A DNA stretch of 63,943 nt, counting the filler, from Sphacelaria rigidula (Eukaryota): NCBI GenBank assembly GCA_964200075.2. It is 8 parts of 8 records of this genome, joined end to end, with 100 filler letters (N's around TTAATTAATTAA, not from the genome) between each part and the next. Parts side by side here need not be neighbours in the genome. Positions count along the whole stretch, not along the records: positions 48,034 to 55,938 come from CAXNAA020013026.1; positions 56,039 to 63,943 come from CAXNAA020013027.1; 6 more parts are not named here. The stretch is one strand, 5' to 3'. Position 1 is the first letter of the stretch. Every line of letters starts with the position of its first letter. Positions 51,140-63,451 of the stretch are shown in pieces. The position numbers and the translations under genes were made by a program. The notes below the pieces were generated by a model. That model searched no databases and was not told where the DNA came from. It was given only the letters and a program-made list of their open reading frames with translations.

Positions 51140-51990
51140 TAATCACCACACCTAGCCTCACTGGTGTACTGCAGTAAACAGCAGCCGTGTGCCGGACATG
51201 GCAGCAACTGAATATTGTTGCTGTGCAGGGGATGCCGTGCAGTCTCGATGCTAACATTTTCGCCTAGACTCCACATTTGTACCAATACCGTACCGCACGG
51301 GTTTATGACTAACATTGTTGGAACAAGTGACGCCTTCCTCTTGCGCCAGGACTCGCTGAGAGCGATAGCACCTGCAGCTTTTGGAATCGTGGCCGACTGC
51401 AAATAGCCAGCGCATTCCACACTCGTGCCGCAGATACTTGTGTACCTCGCCTCGTCTTCCTGTCCTGACAGATATGGTGCCCCCTCAGAGCGGAGTCGAT
51501 ACACATCCTCCGACGAATGCCACTCGTGTACCATCGACCCAGAAAACAAAACACATCCGTCACAGTACCCTCGGGTGTATTCAAAGAGGACACTATTAAC
51601 AAGTCCTTGCGTGACGAACTCGAGGTGAAAGCAAGACTGATTTGCGTGTGCGACTGTCAAGAGTTGCACGAAGTCGTATATATTGCCACTACCGTCGTCT
51701 GATGCCCCCTCCAAAACTTGCACACGATACGTTAGAATCAGCACAGGCTACCAAAAAAAAGAACTCGGCATTGCGAGAGAACACGGGTGCCTTGTAAATA
51801 TGCACACACGTCTCGTTGTGCATAAATTCCGTTGCTGCCGTTACAAACGTGAGGACGTAAGTGGAGGACAAGAAAATCAGTTGCAAGAGTGCCAATCCGG
51901 CGTTCGATTAAAAAAAAAAAACGGTATCGGGAGAGATTGGATGACATCTTGAGTCTACAAATTCGTCTATGCCTGTGTGACGACAAAAAA

Positions 51991-52026
<36 letters not shown>

Positions 52027-52600
52027 TAACAGCTGAAACATTCAGGCACACAGTGTTGCGCCGTGTATGAGGTCACCTTAGTTATCACCCTCCACAAAAC
52101 AAAACACAGCGGAGTCAACAAAGTCAACCGAGCATTTTCTCACCAATATAAGGTAGCGAATGTGCAAAGAGTCTTCAGAGATAACGTCCTCAAGGAACTC
52201 CGACTCATTGCCATCCACTACAGCGCACAAATCGCTGAATAGATGTCCCTTCCATAGCATCAACACCAAATATCAGTTCGTTTGCAAGCATGAGAATCAT
52301 TCCCATTTCGTTCTCTGAGACACGATCGTGGATACATCTCGCTGTACAAAAATTGGCGAAATGCTTTTTCAGATGCGCATAGTACTACTGGCTTGGAGCC
52401 GTCGTTTGAGGCTAAAGTTCTACTCATGACCTCACAAAATAGTGTGGCGATATTTGCTGCTCGTGTGTCTCGACTTTAACGCTGTTGGTAGGTACTAATG
52501 TGTCAGTAATACCGCGCAAGTTGAACTGTCTCGATTGCCATCGTGTGTGTGGGTAGAGAGATATCGTCAATCATGTGCACGACGTTCGACAACAGAAGCT
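51140..52600 (-). mobile_element. Degenerate Ty1/Copia RT-RNaseH relic inside the 4.96-kb CLP1 intron
   Basis: LYGLKxAP/WY-like remnant near 52400, then ..GYCD.., SSEDVYRLRSEGAP (STSGYVFxLxGGAI-like), AIALSE and TARHPLH (LAxNPxH-like). Confidence 0.5.
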
Positions 52601-52633
52601 GCGGTCGAAACGATCACTGAAAGCAGGATAATA

Positions 52634-52820
52634 AAGAGTTTCGGAAAACGTATTTTGGTCATTTCAGAGAGAAAATATCTCAGGATCAGAGTGTAACGAA
52701 AAAATATTTCCCTCTCCATATGTGGTATCCCCTTGGCTTTTTTTTATGAGTTTTTTTTTTACACTCTGATCCTGAGACTTTTGCACTCTGAAATGACAAA
52801 AAGGCGTTTTCCGAAACTCT
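52634..52820. repeat. Fold-back inverted repeat (~70-bp arms) in CLP1 intron
   Basis: AGAGTTTCGGAAAACG..TCATTTCAGAG..TCTCAGGATCAGAGTGTAA versus TTACACTCTGATCCTGAGA..CTCTGAAATGAC..CGTTTTCCGAAACTCT. Confidence 0.85.
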
Positions 52821-53764
52821 CTAATAAGCACACTGGTTTCACTACACGTGGCTCTTCATGGCGAATCCAAGCTCTCTGGGCCTCGTAGCGCACTTACGAT
52901 GTTCAGTTTTGCCGTACATTGCAAGACACGGACGAATCCTCGCTGGGTCGAACCACCGAAATCTACGTTTTTTCTGGGGCCTGACTGCTCAGAAGAGGGG
53001 GAAAAAGTTCACCGCGGGTCAAAAAAAAGTCTCGACGCAAAAACTTTGCGTTACTCCACGTGTCTGGGGTGCGCGTAAACCTGGGATGCAATGCTGAAAA
53101 CAAAGCCCAAGGACTGATCCGTACCGTACGAATCAACTACACCGAAGGTGGGTTCCAGTTGTGCGGACCCAACACGCCTCATGGTTCTGCTCAGAACCAG
53201 CCAGGCCCACTAGTCCTGTCCATAGGAAACCCTGAGGTACGAGGAAGGTTTTCGGGTATCGGCTAGATCGTTCACGAAGAGCTGCTCCTGAGCCTTGGAG
53301 TCACGGAGCAATGTGTACGCTCCGAGCTCAAGGCGAACGCAAACAACAGCACTAAGCACATTCTGTCAGCTGCACTGGTTTGTGGTCTGTGCCTTTTGTC
53401 CGAGACCGGCAGTGAGGCTCAACCTCGCCCCTTCTCTCACTCTCCTCCTGGGAACTTCTATGTCTGCTCTCCAGGGGAACTTGTGCTCAACGCAACCACC
53501 ACAGCTCAATCGACAGAGCACTCTACTGTCCGCAGGGAGACGAGGGCTCATAGCCCTCTGGCGGCATCCTACCGGGTACAAACCAGAGCAGGTAGTTTTT
53601 ACACGACTTATTACTCGTCCGACCCTTGGTATACTGTACTTAGGGTATGTGCCACACCGTCCCTTGTACTTGTTTGTTCTAGATTGGTTTACATTCTGTC
53701 GACCAAGCCATTTCCCCGTGTTTCAAAGCGCCAGCCCAACACTGTACAGTCAGTGTTGCATGTG

Positions 53765-53880
53765 GGCTGTGTTGTTGCTGTTGTTGTTGTCTTCACATTA
53801 AAAACCGTTCCGATAGCTGCGCGGTACATTCGTACTGGGCACCTGATGCGGACGCCTTCCGTGGTCACTCAGGCTAAATC
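53765..53880 (-). mobile_element. 3' end of a non-LTR element with (CAA)n tail (second copy at 56277-56342)
   Basis: Near-identical GCGCAG.TATCGGAACGGTTTTTAATGTGAAGAC followed by (AAC)n in two contigs. Confidence 0.65.
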
Positions 53881-54539
53881 AAGCAACCTTTGACGTTATG
53901 GTATTTCCAAGATTATCCGACTTATGTTGCATTGATTGATTCTCGACACGGATGAATTCCCGCCAAACCTTCTGCAAATGATTCCTCAAGGTCTGTAAAT
54001 CATTTGGATATATTTGTTGTTCCAATGAACTGCGTTGCGCGGGGTGGGGGGGGGGAGGGGAGGGCGGGGCGTACTCATTTGTTGCTTGCCTCAGACGTTT
54101 GATCATAGACCACGCATCCCTTTCGAGACGGAGCACCGTTCCTACTACAAATGGAGACACCTCCAACATTTGGGCGCGCGGGGGGTAATAAGCATCAAGG
54201 CGGGGGAAAACTCTGCCCCCCACCCCCCCCCCGTCCCATGCCACCTCATTGTGCTCCACAGCATCGATAGTGATTTCCCCCTGACATATGTACAAAAACA
54301 TATTTTAATCATGTTTACAATCGGTCACACTCACTACGTGCTGTATTTTACCCCCAAGAAATGGGGGCCGAGTGTACGGCGGCGTCCACGCCAAACACCC
54401 GCGATATTCGTCATCATCTGCGAACGCACAAAGGATGTCAAACCGGATTCAAGAATCAATAAATGAACGGCCGGCGTAACACCACACAGAAATTGTGGTG
54501 ATGGCAACACTGGAACATGCCACAAATCCACACACGCAC

Positions 54540-54781
54540 CTGCAAAGGTCCCAGCATCGAGTCCGATTGGCCGACAGGTAGCATAGCGTCCGACACGCTT
54601 ACCCCCCCTACCCTGAAAATACTGACGTCATTGAAATCTAGGTGCAGAGCCGCAGGAGATAAAGCGGGTGCGCCGTTCACCGCACCAGCTGCCCCCCCTC
54701 CACCTCCTCCCCCGTAGAAGTACTCACGACACCGGCGCGCCCGCGAAGTCCGTCGATATTGGCCACTGCGCTGAACTACGC
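54540..54781 (-). CDS. CLP1: Clp1, internal exon
   Basis: TTCAG acceptor; (G)VVQRSGQYRRTSRARRCREYFYGGGGGGGAAGAVNGAPALSPAALHLDFNDVSIFRVGGVSVSDAMLPVGQSDSMLGPLQ contains Clp1 'GGVVxRS...R..IREYFYG' and 'LPxG'; GTGCGT donor. Confidence 0.92.
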
Positions 54782-55504
54782 CTGAAGAGGATGAAGCGGG
54801 GGCATGACTATCAGGTCTACGACACGGTCACCATATTCAGCAGCTTGGACGACGGGTGATCGGAAATATTTACATTACGTGCAAACCCCTCAAAAATTTG
54901 CACCAGACCTGATCGGGTAAGGCGTGGTGTAGCTGGGTGTACGTACATGCGGTCACATCCACGAAACGCTAAATATATGAAAAGAGAGTGGGGGGGGGGA
55001 ACAGAACCCACAGAGAATGAAACAACGCAGCACAAAACAGCATCAACGTTATCGTAGGGAAAATATATCTGTTGAAGAGGCATTTTCTATCCCGGAAGCG
55101 AAAAAACAAGGGGATAACAAAATTATGATGAGGGTTCCTTTCAACACGGTGTACGTCATTGGTGCGTCGTGTGAAATAACCCACCCTGAACAACGCTCGT
55201 GGATGACGAATCTTCGACAATTTTTGGCACCGTACCAACGCCTACAACACTCAACCAGAGGACGTAGAATACCGCTCCCTCCTACGTACCACTTCTAGTG
55301 GTGATGACTTTTTAGGTTCCAGGGACACACCCACCCCCACCTGGGGGTCACATGCTATACAGCGTATTCTACGGCGGAATAAATGATGGGCAAAAACAAA
55401 AACGAAAAAAAAAAAAAAACAGACCCACAAACCCCCCCAAACAACCCAGAACCACCAAGGAAACACGCAGCGAGCGCGCGCCCACCGCACACCACGTACT
55501 TCAC

Positions 55505-55659
55505 CTCCTGATCTTGGCAAGTTGATGACAGCGATCGAACGCGGCAGGGATGCCACCATGTCCGCATACAGCCGGTCATGTTTCATCACCAACACCACGT
55601 CCACACAAAGGGAAGCGATGACGTGCGAAAGGAGTTTAAAACCCAAGCCTTCGACCCAT
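55505..55659 (-). CDS. CLP1: Polyribonucleotide 5'-OH kinase / cleavage factor Clp1, internal exon (upstream exons lie off this contig)
   Basis: CAG acceptor; (G)WVEGLGFKLLSHVIASLCVDVVLVMKHDRLYADMVASLPRSIAVINLPRSG(G) matches Clp1 'GWV..G...VDVVxV..xRLY....LPKSGG'; GT donor at 55504, phase 1. Confidence 0.92.
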
Positions 55660-55664
55660 CTGCT

Positions 55665-55698
<34 letters not shown>

Positions 55699-56276
55699 GC
55701 AGCAGCAGAAGCAAAACCAAGTGGGGGATGACAATATCATCAATTGCGACAAAATGAATACAGGCTGGGCCAGCTGACTAATTTTTAAGTGTATTTGGCG
55801 ATGTTGTGGGTGATTTGAAGGCTAAGGCACTGAAATTTTGACACAACATTTGTATCATCACTACGCACAACATTTCACGGTTAGGACAAATCATCATGAC
55901 TCAAAATCACCAAATTCACGATTTCTTCTGCCTGATTGNNNNNNNNNNNNNNNNNNNNNNNNNNNNNNNNNNNNNNNNNNNNTTAATTAATTAANNNNNN
56001 NNNNNNNNNNNNNNNNNNNNNNNNNNNNNNNNNNNNNNAGCTGTAAGCACATGCAAGTGATGGAGGTAAAGAAAAGCACACGTGGAATAAAATGTGACTC
56101 ACTTAAAACGAATGATCAAAGCCACTCTCAATCGGATCATCTACTACTCTCAATCTCACGAAAACACTGTTGTTCGCGGTCTACTGGGGGTTAACCCTTG
56201 GACCGCGATGCGGGTAGTCCATCTGGATCACAATACTTTTTCCGAGTGAAATTGATGCAGACTCAGCAGGTGACTT

Positions 56277-56310
<34 letters not shown>

Positions 56311-57705
56311 CTTCACATTAAAAACCGTTCCGATATCTGCGCNNNNNNNNNNAAAACAAAGAAAAGCAAATAGACCCAGATTAAAACTCACAAAACGCGA
56401 TACAAAACGCGATACAAGCGGTCAACGGGTTAATATCATGATTCTTCCATTATTTTCCTGATTTTGATTTATTTTCCGACAGCCGAGTGCAAGAAAAGAA
56501 TATGGTAGTGGTGCAGATGATCTATAATATAATAATGACAATAATACGAGGATTCGGGGAAATGAGGTTCAACTCCGAAGTCATGGCAAACGCGGTTTTC
56601 ATCAATGAGGACGGACGACCTGATCATGCCCCCATACCTCCCTGGAACTATTTTTAGAAGTTTCCCGTCCTCCATTCCCCCGAAAGGTGCAAGTATGTGC
56701 GAAATCACTTTTTTGCTTCGATTTTGGAGTGAAAAACTGACGTTTTTTTTGCCCGATTTTTTTTTAATGGTGCTTTCGCATCCACCCTTTGGGCAAACGG
56801 AAGAAGGAAACTCACAAGGGGAGTTTCCGAGGGGTCGGGGGGCGTGGGGTCGCCCATATGGAAGTCATTTGTCATGAGTTCAGGTCAGGGAAAAGTGCTA
56901 CGGGAGTTGAACCACATTATTTTTTATGTTCAACTTTATTTCTCAGAATCCTCTCTTGAACCCTGTATGACCTCGAGGATGGGTCATCAGTTCAGCTACT
57001 AATATAATTTTCCGACAGCCGAGTGCAACAGATAGATGATACCTCTGCTCGCAGCCAAAGGGGTCAAGGCGGAATGTACACAACAAGCGGATTGGCGCTC
57101 ACAGTAGCCGGATATAGCAGTTAGTTGAAGCTGGAGCAGGACAACGCAGGGTAAGTAGCTTGGCGTGTCAATGATGCGTGTAGTATACATCATAATAATG
57201 GCGTGTACTAATAATGTTTTCGAAAATGTTGTGGCGAAAACGGTGCAAGATGCTTGTACGAGTAGGTTGCGTTGTTGGATAAGAGGGCGGCTCATTTTTC
57301 ATTCTTTATCATTTTAATTAACGGTCCTGCAGTATCTCATGATCAACGGGATTCATCGTCACATAATCGAATGTGAGAAGAGAACAAAACGAGTATTTAT
57401 GTACATAAAGTGGTTCACTTGTCACCAGCCCAAATACGGCAACCTACCAGCCCGTACAAGTACTCTCCACCCGGCGTTGAATTTGCCTCAACTCAAACTG
57501 TTACCGGGCTGAGCGGAAACCACTGCGCCATTCGATCAGGCTGATAATATCAGCTTGAACAAGGTAGACGGAAAAAATATTTGTGGCTACCATCAAGACC
57601 TATCGCGTGCAGCTCAGTCTTCGTGTTCTGCAGGATCTGCACCGACGAAAAAAAGCTTTCATCAGGCTGCTGGTGTGCTGGTGTGACTATCGATTTCGGA
57701 GTGAC

Positions 57706-58154
57706 ATGGCGGACAGTCTGAGATGGTTCGACAAGAACAGCAACAACAACAGCAACAGGGACGGCGGTAGTAGTACCGCCGCAGCCAGAAGTATGACTAT
57801 GCCGTCACCAACCACGCCAGTACTGCATTCGCCACCGACAAAACCAGCAACACCAGCAACAGCACCAGCAAGCAGCGGTGGCGGTGGTGGTACTGGTGCT
57901 GCATTGTCATCAACAAACAATGCTGCAGTAGCAGTAGCAGCACCAGCGACAAACAACGATCGCCGATCTTCACGAGACAGCACCGCCGCCTTCGACGCAC
58001 GAGAGGAAGGAGACCCGAGTCCGCTGATCGTGTTCGACTGGGATGACACAATGCTAACCTCATCTTGGATCCAGACAAGGGACTTACTGCAGGCCGGGAC
58101 GTACCGCGACTTGCCTCTGGACGCTCGAAGAAGTCTCGCACACCTTGAGCACAG
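57706..58154 (+). CDS. HAD-superfamily hydrolase-like protein (FDWDDT motif), first coding exon
   Basis: ATG at 57706; low-complexity N-terminus, then LIVFDWDDTMLTSSWI (HAD motif I-like DxDxT); AG|GTGAAG donor at 58155, phase 2. The start codon choice is inferred. Confidence 0.8.
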
Positions 58155-61100
58155 GTGAAGAAGCGGGCGGTTTCTGACGGGTTTTCGTGTTATGTCGCGT
58201 ACGGAGAACGAATAAAAATGCAAACCTATAGTTCGGACGTGCAGGTCCTCGGGAAGGCACGAGATTTCATCTCGGCTATCAATGCATCTATTCATTATGT
58301 ACGCAATGAAGGCACAGTCTAAGGCGTATCCGAGGCACTGCATTGCCATGCATTGTTACGTACTAAGTGCCGTGCGGTACGCTTCTGTTTCGCATGCATC
58401 ATGTCTAATCAGACTGCTCTAGGTGTGAAATTTGTCTCTTTTGCATGATGGTTCGCGTTCACCCACCATTGCATCAACAGCCGTCTCTGGTCTGTTCGTT
58501 TTGGTACAGATGAGGATACGGTATGAATTATGCAGAGGACACGAGAGCGCTCAATATTGTCAGAGGCGCCTCTATCTCCCTCTCTCTCCCTCCCTGTTTG
58601 TGTCATCACCCTCCTTGTGTAAATAAGGCCACTTCAGCCTGTGCAGTTGCAACCCACTGCAGTCGGTGACGCATACCTAGATCTCGTTCGTTATGTTGAT
58701 CGGGAGGAAGGGATGCCAGTTTCCGTGTTTCCGCTTTTGTATTTTTGTGACAGAAAGGACTGGCGCTTCTTTTCTGGTCCATGTCCTGTCGAACTACATA
58801 ATGATTTTATCTGTGCCGATTTGAATTAAACATTGTCCCGACCGAGATACCTTCAGCTCCGCAAACTGTCTGAGATGCGCCCAGCACACAACCTGCAGCT
58901 ACTTAGGCCTCGAGAGCCTCTGCAATAACTGTACTGCCGAGACCCTCGAACCGCATACACCTTTGGCAGCTCAGCACTCTTTCTTCAAAGTAAAGTATGG
59001 GAGTACAACAGACAACACCTTCTTGATTTTTTGTTTGTCATATCTTCTCATCTGCCTCCTTGCACTGGCCCGACAGGGACAGGAAACGTCTCGAGTATGT
59101 TTTTTCTTTCAAAGATACACTTTTTGATTTCAACATGCGCGATAAAGAGACACCACGGGGAGAGAAATAAATTACCGAAAGATGAACGAAATGCACGACG
59201 ACGGTTTGCTTGTTCCTGGTGGTGCCGAGGGTTTCAGTTCTTTGCGGATGTGGCCTCCAGTAGACGGAGAGCACCCTAGCACTTGTGTTGCGTCAGCGCG
59301 CCGTGAAATATTCGGGAAACCGTTCGGTTTTTTGTGGCGCGCTGGCGCGCTGCGCCCCCCCGTCATCTCTGCTCATGCAGCGCAATTCAAATTCTTGAAT
59401 CCTTTTGTCAGTGCACATATTTCGACAGTAGTACTACAACAGTAGTCGTCACTCAAGACACAGTCAGAGGTTTGAAAAGTAAGGGAGGCAACACAGGGAG
59501 TCAAATCCGTCACGTGTCATGCCGATCATTTTCACAACCGTACTGCCTTTCCATTTCCGTCCTTTTGTAAGGCCCTTATACCTGCGAGTACTATCACTGT
59601 GCTGCAGGCAAATTCCCTCGGCGCTTCAGCCCCCGAGAGGAAGGAAACATTTTTTAGGTGCATTGCCTTTTTTACCTGCCAACGGCTCGGGGGTTTAGTT
59701 GGGGTGATCTCTGTCACGCACCTCCACGTGTATACATACTCTGCCGTTCATCTAAGAAGTCAAGAGAACCCATGGCCAATAGTGGTATTCTCAAGCTCGA
59801 GGTTCCCGATATGCTGTAAATTATCGTGAAATATAACGAGATCTCGATTTCGAGGTACCTCATGAGACACTCCTGTACTCACTGCAATAACTTCGACCTC
59901 TGTCGCATAGTCCCTCGATTAGCGTAACCCGCCCAGGTTTCATCTCCACCGACATTCGTTTCAAACAGTACAGGTAGTTTACAGCAATTTCCCATCATGT
60001 TGAACGTTTGTCGGGGAAGCAAGTTTGAGCAGGGCTGCATTCCTGCGGAATAATTTTTGTTTGGGGAAGTGTAATCCCGCCACTTGCACGTGCACGGGCT
60101 AGTTTACGGTGCCTCTTATCTGTCTTTCTTCGTCTAAATAGTGGTTTCAGTTTCCTCTCGTGTTTCGCAACCGCAACAACTGACTTTGGATACAGTTAGT
60201 AAAAGGAATATGCGAAGAGAGTACGAATGTGAGATGGTTTCCAAGCACCGGACCCAACCACCCCTTTGAGTAGTCTCGTCGTCGGCGTCGTTGTCCCTGT
60301 ATTTTTCCGATGGCAGGACGAGAGTCTTTCCACTTGTTTTTTATTACATAGCTGAACAACCAGGTCCCGAATCGCTGCGAGAGTTTGTCTTGAAAGTGAT
60401 GTGCGTGATGCAAACACTCCTTTTTTCGCGTGTGGGTTTTCGTTCGCGTGGACGGGTTCGTGTATGTCAACGATGGGCACTCACTCGACCCCGATTCCTA
60501 GGAGCACTGTCTTGGGGAGTGCACACAGTCGACTGTGTTTGCGACTATTTTTGTTGACCTGAGGGGGAGTGAGTTTTGATGTCAACCACAAAAAACAAAA
60601 TCGGCAGCTTCGCCAACACTTCGTGGTTGTTGGGTTGGTCTCCATGTCTCCGCCACCATGCAAATAGTCTGTGGCATCGGCGTGGTTGAACAGACTGTTG
60701 TTGAGGCTGTTGGCAAGAAATTTTTCTCCTCGCCTTCCCCCCCCCCTGCCCACCCGTGCAGATATTATTTGTGGTAGCTCACTTCTTCACCCCCTTGAAT
60801 TTTGAATTTGCATGTACACGATGAACGTGTGTGGCGTAGCAACGTATTTGCTGCCTGAGAGTTCTTGTTGCCCATAGCAATCGAAAACCGGATCGTTTGC
60901 CCGAGATGATATGCTGTACCTGCGACGCACCCAGAAGGTGGTGGTGGGGGGGGGGGTCCCCAATTGGTCTCTTGGACTCGTCGATTCTGTTTGATTTTGT
61001 TCCGTTTTTCGTTCGTTCGGATTCATCATCCACCCGGTTTTCGATTGCTACTATGGAAGGGATCCATACAAGGCTCCATGTACACAGTGTACGAAAAACC

Positions 61101-61728
61101 TTCGCCTCCAAACGAAGTACTTGCCTCGCACTTCATACGAAACAGGCCGTAGGAGCAAGGTACTTGTGGGGCAATCCTCCCAAAAGTCCGCTCATGTTGA
61201 CAGAACAAGAAACAGAACCTCATGTTCGTGAGATGCAACGTGACGGATCTGGGGTTTTGTGGACTGACCAATCGCGATGGGTTTGGCGGGTAGGGCGAAG
61301 GTGGGTCAAATGTGACGGAGATAACTAGACCTGGGATGAAGGGGAAGTTGCTCAGCGGCAAAGCCTCCCTGACTTCTACAAGCGAGTGCTCCTACGTGAA
61401 AAAGATGCCAAAAACATGGCAGCCCAAAACGAGTTGAACACCTTCTCCGGCATCACTACTGCACTGTTGTTGATGCGTTGATGCTGTTTACACCACTCCT
61501 CCTTTGCATGCTCCGCCGAGTTGAAAGGTACAGCGTTAGTGAGTGGTCAAATTTAGTTGGTACTTGGCTTGGACCCCGACCCCGGCTGTCCGAACGTCGA
61601 ACATGATGGGGAAACACTCGGGCTATTCATGCGTTTCCAGCGGAACAGCAGAGTTTCGGGTTTAGCGACGCCAACGCGAAGTGTCTTCTGCCAACCATGA
61701 ACAATTTCATGATCAAAATTCGACTTAA

Positions 61729-61826
61729 CCCTTATACCGCGAGATTAGTCTCTCTGGATCATGCGTACTTTTTTTCACTTGAAATTGATGCCGATTCAAC
61801 AGAAGACCAACCTCGCGGTCAAAGGG
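61729..61826. mobile_element. 98-bp piggyBac-type MITE
   Basis: TTAA|CCCTTATACCGCGAG...CTCGCGGTCAAAGGG|TTAA: CCC/GGG termini, ~15-bp TIR, TTAA on both sides. Confidence 0.85.
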
Positions 61827-61830
61827 TTAA

Positions 61831-61983
61831 CCCTTAGACCGCGAGAATAATCTTTCTTGTGTAACTTGTGTAATATTTCTTGTAACCCTTAGACCGCGAG
61901 GTTGGTCTATTGTTGAATCGGCATCAATTTTAAGTGGAAAAAAACATGCATGATCAAGAAAGACTAATCTCGCGGTCTAAGGG
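61831..61983. mobile_element. Truncated copy plus inverted full 98-bp copy (61886-61983) of the same MITE
   Basis: CCCTTAGACCGCGAG termini; the internal sequence is the reverse complement of 61729-61826. Confidence 0.8.
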
Positions 61984-62528
61984 TTGAGGGCCGACGAGGG
62001 ACAGGGACTGCTGAACCCCTCTCGTGATGAAGAGTAAAGGCAAGCACCGCACAAGGAAGGTGGGGTACTAGATGAAAAAGAAGCTCCAGCGTTGACCTTT
62101 CTCCTGTGTGACCCCGGCTGGTGCGCCGACATATACCGAAAGGTGTACACCGTCGCCCAGAATAGATGAGACGACAGCGGACATACACACACACACAACC
62201 AGGTGTCGAGCTTTCGTTTGTTTGCCCGGGTTACTCAGCACGACAGGAACCCGGGCATGGAAAATCACTCGACAAAATACCACCACCGTGCTTCCTGATC
62301 TGATCTATGCCCGAGCTCGTACCTCACCACTTCCAGTTTTTTTACGTTGTTGTTATTGAGTAGTCTCCAAATAAATTGCTGACACCATGATGAGCACACC
62401 GCAACGGATAGGCGAGAAAGTATTTCCCTGCCCCCCCCCTGCCCCCTCCAACTCCCGACCCCCAGTTGCCCCCCCGCCCATGAACTAATTGCCCTGCGCT
62501 CGGTTCAAAATCATGATGGGTAAAACAG

Positions 62529-62607
62529 TGCGATCAAGTGCCTCACCAACGCCCGCGGCTTGGGGACTGTGATCATCATCACCAATGCCGAGTCAGGATG
62601 GGTCGAG
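62529..62607 (+). CDS. HAD-superfamily hydrolase-like protein, second coding exon (gene continues off contig)
   Basis: AAAACAG acceptor; (S)AIKCLTNARGLGTVIIITNAESGWVE contains a HAD motif II-like 'IIITN'; phase matches the previous exon; GTGTGT donor. Confidence 0.8.
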
Positions 62608-63084
62608 GTGTGTGTTTGAAGCGAGCGTCGTGCTTTGTTTCGTTTCCTCGGGAGGTCTAGAGGGGGTCTCATAACAAAACAGCACGGGCGTGTACATGAC
62701 CGTCATCGCGCATCACGCGTCAAGTGTATGAAAGCAACGAATCACACTTGTTTTGTTGTTTTGGTCCATACTTTTTAGCGGTAGGTTTTGAGTTGTTGCT
62801 TGCTGTGCCCCCAACGGCGACAGTGTCAAATTCGTGTGGTCAGTGTGTGTCATCGCCGTCATCGACTGTTCGAGCAAACATTCTATTTTTTCTCCTGTTT
62901 TGTTAAGCACGTGCGTTATAGAGCCCATGTCCGACTGGCATATGTGACAGTCTCACACGAACGGTAACTGCACTGCGACTGCTAAACTCGACATTGAGTG
63001 GCAACGAACGGTCTTGTCTCGCTCTAGATATAGGCGTTGTCCCTTCAAGAGAAGGGAAATTTCCGAGTCTCCGGCTGATGCTAA

Positions 63085-63451
63085 CCCTTTGACCGGGAAG
63101 GTAGGCTATCTGTTGAATCGTCACCATTTATCTCGTTTGTAAATGATGCCGGTTCAAGAGATTGTGTACCCTCGCGCTCAAAGGGTGGTCAACCCTGAGA
63201 CAGCAAGGTTAGTCTTCTGTTGAATCGGCATCAATTCCTAGTGAACAAAGTATACATGATCCAGAAAGACTAATCTCGCGGTCTAAGGGTTAACCCTTTG
63301 AAAAAGTATGCATGATCTAGAAAGACTCATCTCGCGGTCTAAGGGTTAACCACTGGACCCCGAGGGTAGATCATCTGTGTTTGGTCGGCATCAATTCCAT
63401 TGAAAAAAGTATGCATAATCCAGATGGAGTACCCTCCTCGCGGTCCAATGG
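63085..63451. mobile_element. Chain of four piggyBac-type MITE copies (63085-63185, 63193-63289, 63294-63345, 63350-63451)
   Basis: Each is bounded by CCCT/CCACT..GGG-type TIRs; the junctions at 63290-63293 and 63346-63349 are single shared TTAA. Confidence 0.8.

Noticed and set aside
55505..58154. Divergent CLP1 (RNA 5'-kinase) and HAD phosphatase genes suggesting an RNA end-healing cluster
   Set aside because: They lie on different contigs separated by an artificial linker, and CLP1's 5' exons are absent, so the adjacency is not biological
57687..58349. 220-aa minus-strand ORF
   Set aside because: Antisense shadow of the GC-rich HAD exon with no independent motif
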